DNA from: Candidatus Saccharimonadota bacterium | GTDB taxonomy: Bacteria > Pseudomonadota > Gammaproteobacteria > Enterobacterales > Enterobacteriaceae | Length of the DNA stretch: 32,000 nucleotides | Assembly: GCA_049942765.1 (NCBI GenBank) | Contig: CP188086.1 | Location: forward strand, 390,001-422,000 | Direction: 5' to 3' | Shown: piece after piece, positions 1-9,594 of the stretch | Position numbering within the stretch: the first letter of the stretch is position 1 | How the letters are laid out: each line of letters begins with the position of its first letter | Program-made: the position numbers and the translations under genes | Notes under the pieces: model-generated | Seen by the model: the letters and a program-made list of their open reading frames with translations, nothing else | Database searches by the model: none | What the model was told of the DNA's origin: nothing

Positions 1-1476
1 ATAACCGGTATAGCTACAGCATATATGGACTCTATACCTATGATAATCATATCTGGACAAGTAGCTTCATCTCTAATTGGATTTGATGCATTTCAAGAAT
101 GCGATATGATAGGTATATCTAGACCAATAGTTAAACATAGTTTTTTAGTTAAAAAAACTGAAAACATACCCATTACCTTCAAGAAAGCATTTTGGCTTGC
201 TAAAAATGGTCGTCCAGGACCAATTGTCATTGATCTACCAAAAGATATCCTCACTTCTACAAATAAAAAACATTATTCTTACCCAACAAAAATATATATT
301 AGATCTTATAATCCAACTAAAAAGGGGCATCAAGAACAAATTAAACGTGCAATACATGCATTGATAAATTCACAAAAACCAGTTATATATGCTGGAGGCG
401 GTATAATCAGTTCTAATAGTCATAATGAATTAAAAATTATTGCTGAAATGTTAAAAATACCTGTTACCACATCTTTAATGGGTTTAGGAGCATTTCCAGG
501 AACCCACATACAAAATTTATCTATGTTAGGGATGCATGGAACATATGAAGCTAATATGACTATGCATCACGCAGATTTAATTTTTGCTATTGGTGTTCGT
601 TTTGACGACAGAACTACCAATAATTTAGAAAAATACTGTCCTTATGCTAAAATATTACATATAGATATCGATCCCACTTCAATATCTAAAACTATTAAAG
701 CCGATATTCCTATAGTAGGTGATTCAAAATATATTCTTAAAGAAATGATTAGTCTCTTAAATATACAAAAAGAAAAAATAAAAACAATAAATATTGAAAA
801 TTGGTGGAAATCTATCAATCAATGGAAACAAATTAATTGTTTGTCATATAAAAAAAATAATACATTTATTAAACCACAAACTGTTATTGAAAAAATTTGG
901 GTTCTTACCCAAGGGAAAGCTTATATAACATCAGACGTAGGACAACACCAGATGTTTACAGCATTATATTATCCATTTGATCAACCTAAAAAATGGATTA
1001 ATTCAGGAGGGTTAGGTACTATGGGATATGGATTACCTGCTGCATTAGGTGTTAAACTAGCATTTCCTAACGAAATAGTTATTTGTATCACAGGTGATGG
1101 CAGTATCCAAATGAATATACAAGAACTATCTACAGCAAAACAATATAAATTACCTATACTGATTATAAACTTAAACAATCAATCCCTTGGAATGGTAAAG
1201 CAATGGCAAGATTTAATTTATGAAGGTAGACATTCTCATTCATATATGAAATCCTTACCTAATTTTGTGCAATTATCAGAAGCATATGGACATATAGGAA
1301 TGTCTATTACATCACCAAATAAACTTGAAGAATCATTAAGATTAGCATTACATTACGTATCTCAACAACATTTAGTATTTATAGATGTCATCATTGATCC
1401 AAATGAACATGTATATCCAATGCAAATTAAAGGTGGTGGTATGAATGATATGTTATTAAGGAATCAAAAAGGATAA
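1..1476 (+). CDS. ilvI: Acetolactate synthase III large (catalytic) subunit; 5' end lies outside the window
   Basis: The frame is open from base 1 ([21 protein letters not shown]...). It is collinear with E. coli IlvI, including [27 protein letters not shown] and the TPP-binding motif [16 protein letters not shown]. It is followed 5 nt later by ilvH. Confidence 0.95.
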   Translation: MTGIATAYMDSIPMIIISGQVASSLIGFDAFQECDMIGISRPIVKHSFLVKKTENIPITFKKAFWLAKNGRPGPIVIDLPKDILTSTNKKHYSYPTKIYIRSYNPTKKGHQEQIKRAIHALINSQKPVIYAGGGIISSNSHNELKIIAEMLKIPVTTSLMGLGAFPGTHIQNLSMLGMHGTYEANMTMHHADLIFAIGVRFDDRTTNNLEKYCPYAKILHIDIDPTSISKTIKADIPIVGDSKYILKEMISLLNIQKEKIKTINIENWWKSINQWKQINCLSYKKNNTFIKPQTVIEKIWVLTQGKAYITSDVGQHQMFTALYYPFDQPKKWINSGGLGTMGYGLPAALGVKLAFPNEIVICITGDGSIQMNIQELSTAKQYKLPILIINLNNQSLGMVKQWQDLIYEGRHSHSYMKSLPNFVQLSEAYGHIGMSITSPNKLEESLRLALHYVSQQHLVFIDVIIDPNEHVYPMQIKGGGMNDMLLRNQKG

Positions 1477-1481
1477 GTACA

Positions 1482-1958
1482 TTGAAAACTATACTTTCAA
1501 TTTTATTAGAAAATGAATCAGGCGCTCTATCAAGAATAATAGGATTATTTTCACAACGTGATTACAATATTGAAAGTCTTACTGTAGCACCAACTGACGA
1601 TCCCACCATTTCCAGGATGACTATTCAAACTATAGGAGAAAAAAAAGTTATTGAACAAATTGAAAAACAACTACATAAATTAATTGATGTACTAAAAGTA
1701 ACAAACATGAATAAATTTATACATCTTAAAAAAGAAATCATGTTAATAAAAATTCATGTTAATAAAAAAATAAAATCAGAAATTTATCAAAATACTACAA
1801 TTTTTAAGGGAAAAATAATAGACATCACATTAGATACTTATATAATCCAATTATCAGGTTCTAGTAATACATTAGATACATTTGTTAAATTAATAAAAAA
1901 TACTACACAAATTATTGAAATAGTACGATCTGGAGTTATAGGAATTTCAAAAAAATAA
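1482..1958 (+). CDS. ilvH: Acetolactate synthase III small (regulatory) subunit; TTG start
   Basis: MKTILSILLENESGALSRIIGLFSQRDYNIESLTVAPTDDPTISRMTIQT aligns residue-for-residue with the E. coli IlvH N-terminus. Codon 1 is TTG at 1482, with an AAGGA Shine-Dalgarno about 9 nt upstream. Confidence 0.93.
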   Translation: MKTILSILLENESGALSRIIGLFSQRDYNIESLTVAPTDDPTISRMTIQTIGEKKVIEQIEKQLHKLIDVLKVTNMNKFIHLKKEIMLIKIHVNKKIKSEIYQNTTIFKGKIIDITLDTYIIQLSGSSNTLDTFVKLIKNTTQIIEIVRSGVIGISKK

Positions 1959-2121
1959 TACATATATAATGTATAATAATACCATTAAATTACATAATAA
2001 TTAAACATATAAAAAATTTAAGTCCAACTATTTTATTATAATACTTCTATATATATTAAAAATTTTTAAGATCTTATTACTAACAATAAAAAATTTAAAA
2101 AATATATTATACAAATTAATT

Positions 2122-3060
2122 ATGAAAAAAATATATACACATACACCAGTAATGACTAAAGAAATTATTAAATTTTTAAACACGAAAAAAAACGGAATTT
2201 ATATTGACGCTACTTTCGGATACGGAGGACATTCAAATGCAATTTTAAACCATTTAGGAACTAATGGAAAATTATATGCCATTGACAGAGATCCAGAAAG
2301 TAAACACAGAGCTTTAAAATTTGGTGATTCAAGATTAACATTTATTCAAGGAAATTTTTCTCAAATATATCATTTTTCAAAAAAATTTAATATTCTAAAA
2401 AAAATAAATGGAATTGTTGTTGATTTAGGAATATCTTCTACACAATTAGATAACCCAAAACGTGGTTTTTCTTTCTTATACGATGGTCCATTAGATATGA
2501 GAATGAATCCTAATGATTCCATCACTGCTGCTTCATGGTTAAAAAAAACTAATTTAACTAAACTTATTCATATTTTAAAAACTTACGGAGAAGAACGTTA
2601 TGCAAAAAAAATTGCTTGTGCCATAATAAAAAAAAACAAAGAATGTAATATACAAAATACTTTAGAATTATCTAATATAATCTCAAAAAATATTCCTAAT
2701 ATTCACAGGAAAAAACATCCAGCAACAAAAAGTTTTCAAGCTATTAGAATATTTATTAATGATGAATTAAATGAAATTAAAAAATTACTTAATAATGCGC
2801 TTAACATATTAACCCCAGGTGGTCGATTATTAGTTATCAGTTTTCATTCTTTAGAAGATCGAATTGTTAAAAATTTTATGAAACAACATAGTTGTATATT
2901 AGAAATACCAAATAATTTACCAATTCCAGAAACCATAATACAACAACAATCTAAAATAAAAATTAAAATTATTGATAAAATTACTCCTAATTCTACTGAA
3001 ATTGCCACTAATAAAAGAGCAAGAAGCGCTATCTTAAGAATTGCTGAACTTATATCATAA
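2122..3060 (+). CDS. rsmH: 16S rRNA (cytosine1402-N4)-methyltransferase
   Basis: Full-length (312 aa) match to E. coli RsmH/MraW: GIYIDATFGYGGHS, AIDRDP, DLGISSTQLD, GPLDMRM, HPATKSFQAIRI, SFHSLEDRIVK, NKRARSAILRIAE. Confidence 0.93.
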   Translation: MKKIYTHTPVMTKEIIKFLNTKKNGIYIDATFGYGGHSNAILNHLGTNGKLYAIDRDPESKHRALKFGDSRLTFIQGNFSQIYHFSKKFNILKKINGIVVDLGISSTQLDNPKRGFSFLYDGPLDMRMNPNDSITAASWLKKTNLTKLIHILKTYGEERYAKKIACAIIKKNKECNIQNTLELSNIISKNIPNIHRKKHPATKSFQAIRIFINDELNEIKKLLNNALNILTPGGRLLVISFHSLEDRIVKNFMKQHSCILEIPNNLPIPETIIQQQSKIKIKIIDKITPNSTEIATNKRARSAILRIAELIS

Positions 3061-3090
3061 AATTGCAAACTACATAATTGAAAAAATTAT

Positions 3091-3109
3091 TACAAAATTA
3101 AATTTTGTA
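3091..3109 (+). terminator. 19-bp A/T palindrome (8-bp stem, 3-nt loop) 31 nt downstream of the rsmH stop; weak terminator candidate
   Basis: The sequence is tacaaaatt-a-aattttgta. No U-run follows it. Confidence 0.2.
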
Positions 3110-3521
3110 TCAATTAATAAAAATTCTAATTCCTTTATTAAAAAATAAATATTAGATCTAATAAAAAATTATTTTTAAAAACATTTTTTAACAGACTAAA
3201 ATTAATTGGTAACTATACAAAAACAAATGCGTTAAAAATATATTTTTTGCATATATAAAATGAATATTTCTAGATATTAAAACCAATATAAATCATAATA
3301 TTTTAATAAAAAATATATTATTTATTTAATCATATAACATAACGTTCATTACTTAATAAACAATATTAACTAAAACAAATTACCCTTAATACAAAAACTC
3401 TACATTAATAATATCGAATGTCAACTCAACAACATATTAAATTTAAAATTATAAAAATGTTTTCAAGACAAAAATTAATACTATTAAAATCATTAAATAA
3501 TAAAAATGCAGTAGGCTAACA

Positions 3522-4784
3522 ATGAATCTATTAACAGAAAAAAAAATAATAGTAGCATTAGACATAGGTAATCATACAATTTCAACTTTGATAGGCGAGA
3601 TATTAATTGATGGTAAAATTAACGTTATTGGAGTAGGTAATTGTATATCTCGTGGAATACACAATGGTACCATAAACGATTTAGAATCTATCATACAATG
3701 CACAAAGAAATCTATTAATGAAGCTGAAACTATGTCTAAGACTCATGTATATTCTGTTTATTTAGCTATTTCTAGCAAAGATGTACAGTGCCATAATGAA
3801 ATAGGAATCGCACCTATTAATAATTCAGAAGTCACAGCGTTAGATATTAAAAATGTCATCTATACAGCCAAATCGGTAAAAATTTCAAATGAACATCACA
3901 TAGTTCATGTTATTCCTCAAGAATATGAAATAGATGAACTTACTGAAATTAAAAATCCCACTGGTTTATCTGGGGTACGAATTAAAGCAAAAGTACATTT
4001 AATTACATATCATACTACTATTACAGATAGTATTATTAAATCTATAGAAAAATGCGGGATTAAAGTAAACCAACTCATTTATCCAGGATTAGCATCTAGT
4101 TTATCAATTTTAACCCAAGAAGAAAAAGAACTAGGAGTATGCTTAATAGATATTGGAGGTGGAACTTTAGATATAAGCATTTATATTGCTGGAAACTTAC
4201 AACATAGCAAAGTCATTCCTTATGCTGGAAATATTATTACTAGTGATATTGCTTATGCTTTTTCTACATCTTATATAAATGCAGAAAACATCAAAATAAA
4301 ATATGGAATGGCTAGTTCGTTTATACATGATACAACAGATATAATTGAAGTTATGAATATTTCTGGTATGTATACACAAAAATTTAATACAAATATATTA
4401 ACTGAAGTGATAGAATCAAGATGTTCAGAACTATTTTATTTAGTAAATAATGAAATTAATTCGATACAACAACAATTAAAAAAAAAAGGCAAGCAATACC
4501 AATTACTTTCTGGAATAGTTTTAACTGGTGGTACAGCTAAAATTAAATTAATAAACATTTGTGCAGAAAAAATATTTAATAAAAAAGTACGAATTGGAAT
4601 ACCTCATGATATCGAAAAAAATAACCATAATATCAATGAACCTAACTATGCTACGGTAATAGGATTACTACATTATGGAAAAAAAAGATATGATACAAAA
4701 TACAAAAATAATAACAACAATAACAATTATCTAATAAAATGTTGGAACAACGTAAACCGTTGGATAAAACAATCATTTTTATAA
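3522..4784 (+). CDS. ftsA: Cell division protein FtsA
   Basis: 420 aa, collinear with E. coli FtsA: GVRIKAKVHLITYH, LGVCLIDIGGGTLDISIY, VIPYAGNIITSDIAYAF, IVLTGGTAKI. The C-terminal amphipathic tail is NRWIKQSFL. It contains an in-frame A10 tract at 4478-4487. Confidence 0.95.
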   Translation: MNLLTEKKIIVALDIGNHTISTLIGEILIDGKINVIGVGNCISRGIHNGTINDLESIIQCTKKSINEAETMSKTHVYSVYLAISSKDVQCHNEIGIAPINNSEVTALDIKNVIYTAKSVKISNEHHIVHVIPQEYEIDELTEIKNPTGLSGVRIKAKVHLITYHTTITDSIIKSIEKCGIKVNQLIYPGLASSLSILTQEEKELGVCLIDIGGGTLDISIYIAGNLQHSKVIPYAGNIITSDIAYAFSTSYINAENIKIKYGMASSFIHDTTDIIEVMNISGMYTQKFNTNILTEVIESRCSELFYLVNNEINSIQQQLKKKGKQYQLLSGIVLTGGTAKIKLINICAEKIFNKKVRIGIPHDIEKNNHNINEPNYATVIGLLHYGKKRYDTKYKNNNNNNNYLIKCWNNVNRWIKQSFL

Positions 4785-4832
4785 ATAAAAAATTTATTAT
4801 TGAATTCATTAAAATATTAATCGGAGATTAAA

Positions 4833-5960
4833 ATGTTTGAACCTATGGAATTAAGCAACAATGCAATCATTAAAGTAATAGGAGTAGGAGGGGGAGGAGG
4901 TAATGCCGTAGAATATATGATCCGTGAAAAAATAGAAGGAGTAGAATTTTTTTCAATTAATACAGATGCTCAAGCATTGAAAAAAATAGAAGTTGCCCAA
5001 ACAATACAAATTGGTACTAATATCACTAAAGGATTAGGAGCTGGAGCTAATCCAGAAGTTGGTAAAATTTCAGCTGAAGAAGACAAAGATACATTAAGAT
5101 CAACATTAGAAGGATCTGATATGATTTTTATAGCTGCTGGTATGGGAGGGGGTACTGGAACTGGTGCAGCACCAGTAGTAGCTGAAATAGCTAGAGAACT
5201 AGGAATTCTTACTGTAGCTGTAGTTACTAAACCGTTTCATTTTGAAGGAAAAAAAAGAATGTCATGTGCTGAACACGGTTTAAATGAACTATCTAAACAT
5301 GTAGATTCCTTAATTACAATACCAAACGATAAATTACTCAAAGTACTATCTCGTGGAATTTCTTTACTAGATGCATTTGGAGCTGCCAATAACATTCTAA
5401 AAGGTGCAGTACAGGGTATTGCCGAATTAATTACTAGACCAGGTTTAATGAATGTAGATTTCGCTGATGTTAGAACAGTAATGTCTGAAATGGGATGTGC
5501 AATGATGGGATCTGGTTTATCATCTGGAGAAAATCGAGCTGAAGAAGCCGCTGCTATCGCTATTTCCAGCCCATTATTAGAAGACATTGATTTATCAGGA
5601 GCAAGAGGAGTATTAGTAAATATTACAGCTGGTTTCGATTTGAGACTAGATGAATTTGAATCAGTAGGAAATACAATACGTTCTTTTTCTTCAGATAACG
5701 CAACAGTTGTTATTGGAACATCTCTAGATCCAGAAATGAACGATACTTTACGAGTAACGGTAGTAGCCACAGGAATTTCAATTCATCAACATGAAAATTT
5801 AAATGTACTTAATGATAAAAATAAAAAAGATGTATTCATGAGTTATCGATATAAAAATATACATAACAACAACAAAAAAAAAATAGAAACGAAACATATA
5901 ACTCATAAAACAACAGAACATTTAGATATTCCTACTTTTCTAAGACATAAAAGAAACTAA
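4833..5960 (+). CDS. ftsZ: Cell division GTPase FtsZ
   Basis: [14 protein letters not shown], the tubulin signature [18 protein letters not shown], and [11 protein letters not shown]. The conserved C-terminal FtsA/ZipA-binding peptide is present as [17 protein letters not shown] Shine-Dalgarno lies 5 nt upstream. There is an in-frame A10 tract at 5874-5883. Confidence 0.97.
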   Translation: MFEPMELSNNAIIKVIGVGGGGGNAVEYMIREKIEGVEFFSINTDAQALKKIEVAQTIQIGTNITKGLGAGANPEVGKISAEEDKDTLRSTLEGSDMIFIAAGMGGGTGTGAAPVVAEIARELGILTVAVVTKPFHFEGKKRMSCAEHGLNELSKHVDSLITIPNDKLLKVLSRGISLLDAFGAANNILKGAVQGIAELITRPGLMNVDFADVRTVMSEMGCAMMGSGLSSGENRAEEAAAIAISSPLLEDIDLSGARGVLVNITAGFDLRLDEFESVGNTIRSFSSDNATVVIGTSLDPEMNDTLRVTVVATGISIHQHENLNVLNDKNKKDVFMSYRYKNIHNNNKKKIETKHITHKTTEHLDIPTFLRHKRN

Positions 5961-6210
5961 TAGCAAAAAATATAATGGTTGTATATATATTACATACACA
6001 ATTAACTAACACAGTAATTACAATATCTTAATAATAAAGATAAGGATTGCACATTTAATTTCAATTATTACTATTAAAATCATTTAATATAACTCTTAAT
6101 TAAATAATAATTAAAACTTAGTTAAAAAATATTTTTATAACTATTTTAGTAATTACTTTTATTTAAAAATAAAAATATAAAAGTTTATAACAATAGCATT
6201 AATTTACATA

Positions 6211-6271
6211 AATTATTTAGTATTATTAACATGACAACAACAAATAAAAATGTTAATAATACTAAATAATT
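6211..6271. repeat. Perfect 22-bp inverted repeat with a 17-nt loop in the ftsZ-erpA spacer
   Basis: The left arm aattatttagtattattaacat (6211-6232) is the exact reverse complement of atgttaataatactaaataatt (6250-6271). I checked it base by base. Confidence 0.9.
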
Positions 6272-6344
6272 AATAAATATTAAATTAACATGATACTGCT
6301 TTATCTATTATTAAATTACATCCTTGAAATTATAGGATAACAAT

Positions 6345-6683
6345 ATGACAATAACACCAAAAATCTCTTTAAGTGAAACTGCAGCTAAAAAAGTAAAAGA
6401 TCTAATTTCTATCCATAAAAAAAAAGATATAAAATTTAGAATATATATTACTGGAGGAGGATGCTCTGGATTTCAATATCAATTTATGTTTGATAATATC
6501 ATTAATTCAGATGACCACATCATTAACCTTATAGATATAAGTATAATTATAGATAATATTACATTGCCATACTTAATTGGTGGTAAAATAGACTATAAAG
6601 AAAATTTAGAAGGATCTAAATTTATTATTATAAATCCAAATGCTACATCTACTTGTAGTTGCGGAATGTCATTTAATATATAG
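6345..6683 (+). CDS. erpA: A-type iron-sulfur cluster carrier protein (ErpA-like)
   Basis: 112 aa with RIYITGGGCSGFQYQF, GSKFIIINPNA and the C-terminal CSCGMSFNI. It matches E. coli ErpA (YadR) better than IscA over the NPNA..STC.CG tail. Confidence 0.85.
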   Translation: MTITPKISLSETAAKKVKDLISIHKKKDIKFRIYITGGGCSGFQYQFMFDNIINSDDHIINLIDISIIIDNITLPYLIGGKIDYKENLEGSKFIIINPNATSTCSCGMSFNI

Positions 6684-6810
6684 TCAACATAATTACACAA
6701 CATCAAAATTTTTAATAAATAATTAATACAAATACAATAAAAACGATACCACAATACAAAAATAATATGAATAAAGTAATTAAAAATATTCAACAATATA
6801 GAGAACTATA

Positions 6811-7542
6811 ATGATTATTGGTATTCTAGGAGCAATGTACGAAGAAATTAAACCACTACATCAATTAATTGATAATATCATACAAAAAAAATATTATAAC
6901 TATATATTTTACATAGGAAATTTATTAAATATAAAAATTATATTTTTAATATCAGGTATCGGTAAAGTAGCTGCTAGTATTGCAAGTACAATATTAATTA
7001 ATAAATATCATCCAAACCTAATTATTAATATAGGTACAGCTGGAAGTATTCATCACATATTAAAAACCGGTAATATTGTTCTTGCAAATACAATTAGTTA
7101 CTATGATGTAAATATCACTAAATTCGGATATAAAATTGGCCAAATACCATCTTGTCCTCAATTTTTCTTAATAAACCAACAGCTATTACATCTAACTACT
7201 GAAACACTTAATAAAAAAAAAATTCAGTTCTTTCAAGGATTAATTGTAACTGGAGATGCATTCATACATAGTAAAAAAACAGCACAATTAATTAAGAAAA
7301 AATTTCATAATGCCATAGCTGTGGATATGGAAAGTGCTGCTATAGCACATGTATGCTTTAAATTGAATACTCCTTTATTAACTATTAAATGTATTTCAGA
7401 TTATGCCAACAACACAGGACATATTGATTTTAAAATATTTATTCATATATCTAGTCAAACTAGTTGTAATGTTCTAACGATTTTATTAAATGAATTAAAT
7501 AAAAATACTAAGATAAAACACATTTTAAAAACAAATAATTGA
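6811..7542 (+). CDS. mtn: 5'-methylthioadenosine/S-adenosylhomocysteine nucleosidase
   Basis: IIGILGAMYEEI, SGIGKVAASIASTILI, INIGTAGS, VTGDAFI and AVDMESAAIAHVC match E. coli Mtn (Pfs). The stop codon is TGA, which shows the standard genetic code is in use. Confidence 0.9.
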   Translation: MIIGILGAMYEEIKPLHQLIDNIIQKKYYNYIFYIGNLLNIKIIFLISGIGKVAASIASTILINKYHPNLIINIGTAGSIHHILKTGNIVLANTISYYDVNITKFGYKIGQIPSCPQFFLINQQLLHLTTETLNKKKIQFFQGLIVTGDAFIHSKKTAQLIKKKFHNAIAVDMESAAIAHVCFKLNTPLLTIKCISDYANNTGHIDFKIFIHISSQTSCNVLTILLNELNKNTKIKHILKTNN

Positions 7543-7783
7543 CTACTCTAATCATATTATTCTAAAATTTAATGTTGTTCGTATAATGACATTCAATATC
7601 ATTAAATAACTATTTGTAAATAATGAAAAACAATAAACTTAAATTACAATAAAAAACAATCAATACGTATATGTAAAATACAATATTTTTATATTCCTAC
7701 AAAATATGTTATCCGTATGTCGTAGAATACTAAGAAATATACCACTATCAATCAATAAACTAAAGGAAAAATATAATAAAAAT

Positions 7784-8641
7784 ATGAATACAATAATTCA
7801 TGAAAAGTTACACCCTTGCTTAGGACAATATTTTTTAATTAATAAAATTTTATACGAACAAACCAATGAACATCAAAAAATTTTGATATTTAATAATACA
7901 ACCATGGGTAATATTCTCTTACTTGATGATATTATTCAAACCACCGAAAAAGATGAATTTATTTATCATGAAATGATAACTCACGTACCAATTTTTACTC
8001 ATCCTAATCCTAAAAAAATATTAATTATTGGAGGTGGGGATGGTGGAGTATTAAGAGAAGTAATTAAACATAAACAAATAAACAAAATTGTTATGGTTGA
8101 AATTGATCGTATAGTAATTGATATATGTAAAAAATTTTTCCCAGCGCATAATAATAATGCATTTAACGATCCACGTTTACAATTAATTATAAATAATGGA
8201 TTTGAATTTATAAAAAAAAATACAGAAAAATTCGATATCATTATTTCTGATTCTACAGATCCTGTTGGTCCAGGAAAAACTTTATTTAATTTAAGTTTTT
8301 ATAACTATTGTAAAAAATCACTACATGATAATGGTATTTTTGTTGCTCAAAATGGAGTCTCTTTTTTACAACAAAATGAAATACAAAAAACACATCAGAA
8401 ATTAAAAAAAATATTCCATACAGTAAAATTTTATCAAACTTGTATACCTACTTATTATGGAGGAATGATGACTTTCTCTTTTAGCAGTAATACTAAATAT
8501 CAAAATAACATGTATGATTTGAAATTAAAAAATAGAATTCAATCTAAAAATATATATTGTCTTCATTATAATTACAATATTCATTGTAGTAGTTTTTCAT
8601 TACCGAAATATTTTTTAAATATATTATCACATAATAATTAA
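7784..8641 (+). CDS. speE: Spermidine synthase
   Basis: QTTEKDEFIYHEMITHVP, ILIIGGGDGGVLREV, VMVEID, DSTDPVGPG and IPTYYGGMMTFSF match E. coli SpeE. I chose the ATG at 7784 because MNTIIHEKLH...GQYF aligns with the E. coli N-terminus. The ORF-track start at 7706 adds 26 unsupported residues. Confidence 0.9.
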   Translation: MNTIIHEKLHPCLGQYFLINKILYEQTNEHQKILIFNNTTMGNILLLDDIIQTTEKDEFIYHEMITHVPIFTHPNPKKILIIGGGDGGVLREVIKHKQINKIVMVEIDRIVIDICKKFFPAHNNNAFNDPRLQLIINNGFEFIKKNTEKFDIIISDSTDPVGPGKTLFNLSFYNYCKKSLHDNGIFVAQNGVSFLQQNEIQKTHQKLKKIFHTVKFYQTCIPTYYGGMMTFSFSSNTKYQNNMYDLKLKNRIQSKNIYCLHYNYNIHCSSFSLPKYFLNILSHNN

Positions 8642-8672
8642 AATAATAAATTAATAAAAATGGGTAATTACG

Positions 8673-9473
8673 TTGCAAAAAATAAAATTATATGGATTTA
8701 ATAATCTTACCAAAAGTTTAAACTTCTGTATTTATGACATCTGTTATGCCAATACTGATACAGAAAAAAATAGTTATATTCGTTATATTGATGATCAATA
8801 TAATGCTATTCGACTAACAAAAATATTACAACAAACTTGTTCAATCATTGGAGCTAACATATTAAATGTATTCCATCAAGATTATGAACCTCAGGGAGCA
8901 AGTGTCACTATTTTAGTATGTGAAGATAAACCTATACCTTTTAAAAATAAAGATATCATGAAACATTCTAATCTTATTCCAACATCAGTAGTTGCTCATC
9001 TAGACAAAAGTCATATTTGCGTACATACTTATCCGGAAATTCATCCACATAATGGAATATGTACTTTTAGAGCTGATATAGAAATCTCTACCTGTGGTAT
9101 TATTTCTCCTTTGAACGCACTTAATTATCTTATTAATAAATTAGAATCAGATATTGTCACCATTGAATATCGAATACGTGGTTTTACACGTGATGTTAAT
9201 GGAATCAAATACTTTATTGATCATGACATCAATTCTATTCAAAACTTTATGTCAAACAAAATTAAATCTATGTATGACATGATTGATGTTAATCTATATC
9301 AAGAAAATATATTTCATACTAGAATGTTAATACAAAAATTTCAGTTAAAAAATTATTTATTTAGCTCCCGTCCTGAAGATCTTAAAAAAAAAGATTTATT
9401 AAAAATAACTAACCTATTAGTTAAAGAAATGAAAGAAATCTATTATGGAAAAAATATTTTCTATACCAAATAA
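8673..9473 (+). CDS. speD: S-adenosylmethionine decarboxylase proenzyme; TTG start
   Basis: [26 protein letters not shown] matches the E. coli SpeD N-terminus. The self-cleavage/pyruvoyl site is conserved ([16 protein letters not shown]). Codon 1 is TTG at 8673. Confidence 0.93.
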   Translation: MQKIKLYGFNNLTKSLNFCIYDICYANTDTEKNSYIRYIDDQYNAIRLTKILQQTCSIIGANILNVFHQDYEPQGASVTILVCEDKPIPFKNKDIMKHSNLIPTSVVAHLDKSHICVHTYPEIHPHNGICTFRADIEISTCGIISPLNALNYLINKLESDIVTIEYRIRGFTRDVNGIKYFIDHDINSIQNFMSNKIKSMYDMIDVNLYQENIFHTRMLIQKFQLKNYLFSSRPEDLKKKDLLKITNLLVKEMKEIYYGKNIFYTK

Positions 9474-9521
9474 TGTTTATTATACAATAATAAACTACAA
9501 AATAATTTTATTGAATATAAA

Positions 9522-9550
9522 GATTATGCAGCAAAATATTCTGCACAATC
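9522..9550. terminator. Hairpin midway between convergent speD and lpdA; candidate bidirectional terminator
   Basis: gattatgcag / ctgcacaatc pairs at 9 of 10 positions (4 G:C pairs next to the loop) with a 9-nt loop. It lies 49 nt past the speD stop and 45 nt past the lpdA stop. T-rich sequence follows on both strands. A second small hairpin plus TTTT lies at 9552-9570. Confidence 0.4.
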
Positions 9551-9594
9551 TTATCTTAATAAGATATTTTATATCAAAAAAAACATCAACAATA

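Noticed and set aside
981-1178. 65-aa ORF antisense to ilvI
   Set aside because: It is a shadow ORF inside ilvI.
2844-3068. 74-aa ORF antisense to the rsmH 3' end
   Set aside because: It is a shadow ORF with low-complexity hydrophobic sequence produced by the A/T bias.
3418-3519. 33-codon ORF (MSTQQHIKFKIIKMFSRQKLILLKSLNNKNAVG) ending 2 nt before ftsA
   Set aside because: It is too short and too low in complexity to call. The resemblance of its tail to the DdlB or FtsQ C-termini is within chance for this composition. I kept it only as a note under the dcw finding.
4197-4379. 60-aa ORF antisense to ftsA
   Set aside because: It is a shadow ORF inside ftsA.
5237-5770. 177-aa ORF antisense to ftsZ
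   Set aside because: It lies entirely inside the strongly supported ftsZ CDS on the opposite strand. It stays open because the Gly/Ala/Thr-rich ftsZ codons lack reverse-complement stops. It shows no recognisable motifs.
6231-6269. 12-codon mini-ORF MTTTNKNVNNTK inside the 22-bp hairpin; the three consecutive Thr codons recall a thr-type leader peptide
   Set aside because: It has no Shine-Dalgarno. It is not upstream of a threonine biosynthesis gene (erpA follows). Three ACA codons are not enough to suggest attenuation.
6593-6796. 67-aa ORF antisense to the erpA 3' end and the erpA-mtn spacer
   Set aside because: It has no Shine-Dalgarno and A/T-driven Ile/Phe/Asn/Tyr composition, and it overlaps a supported gene.
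7999-8241. 80-aa ORF antisense to speE
   Set aside because: It is a shadow ORF inside speE.
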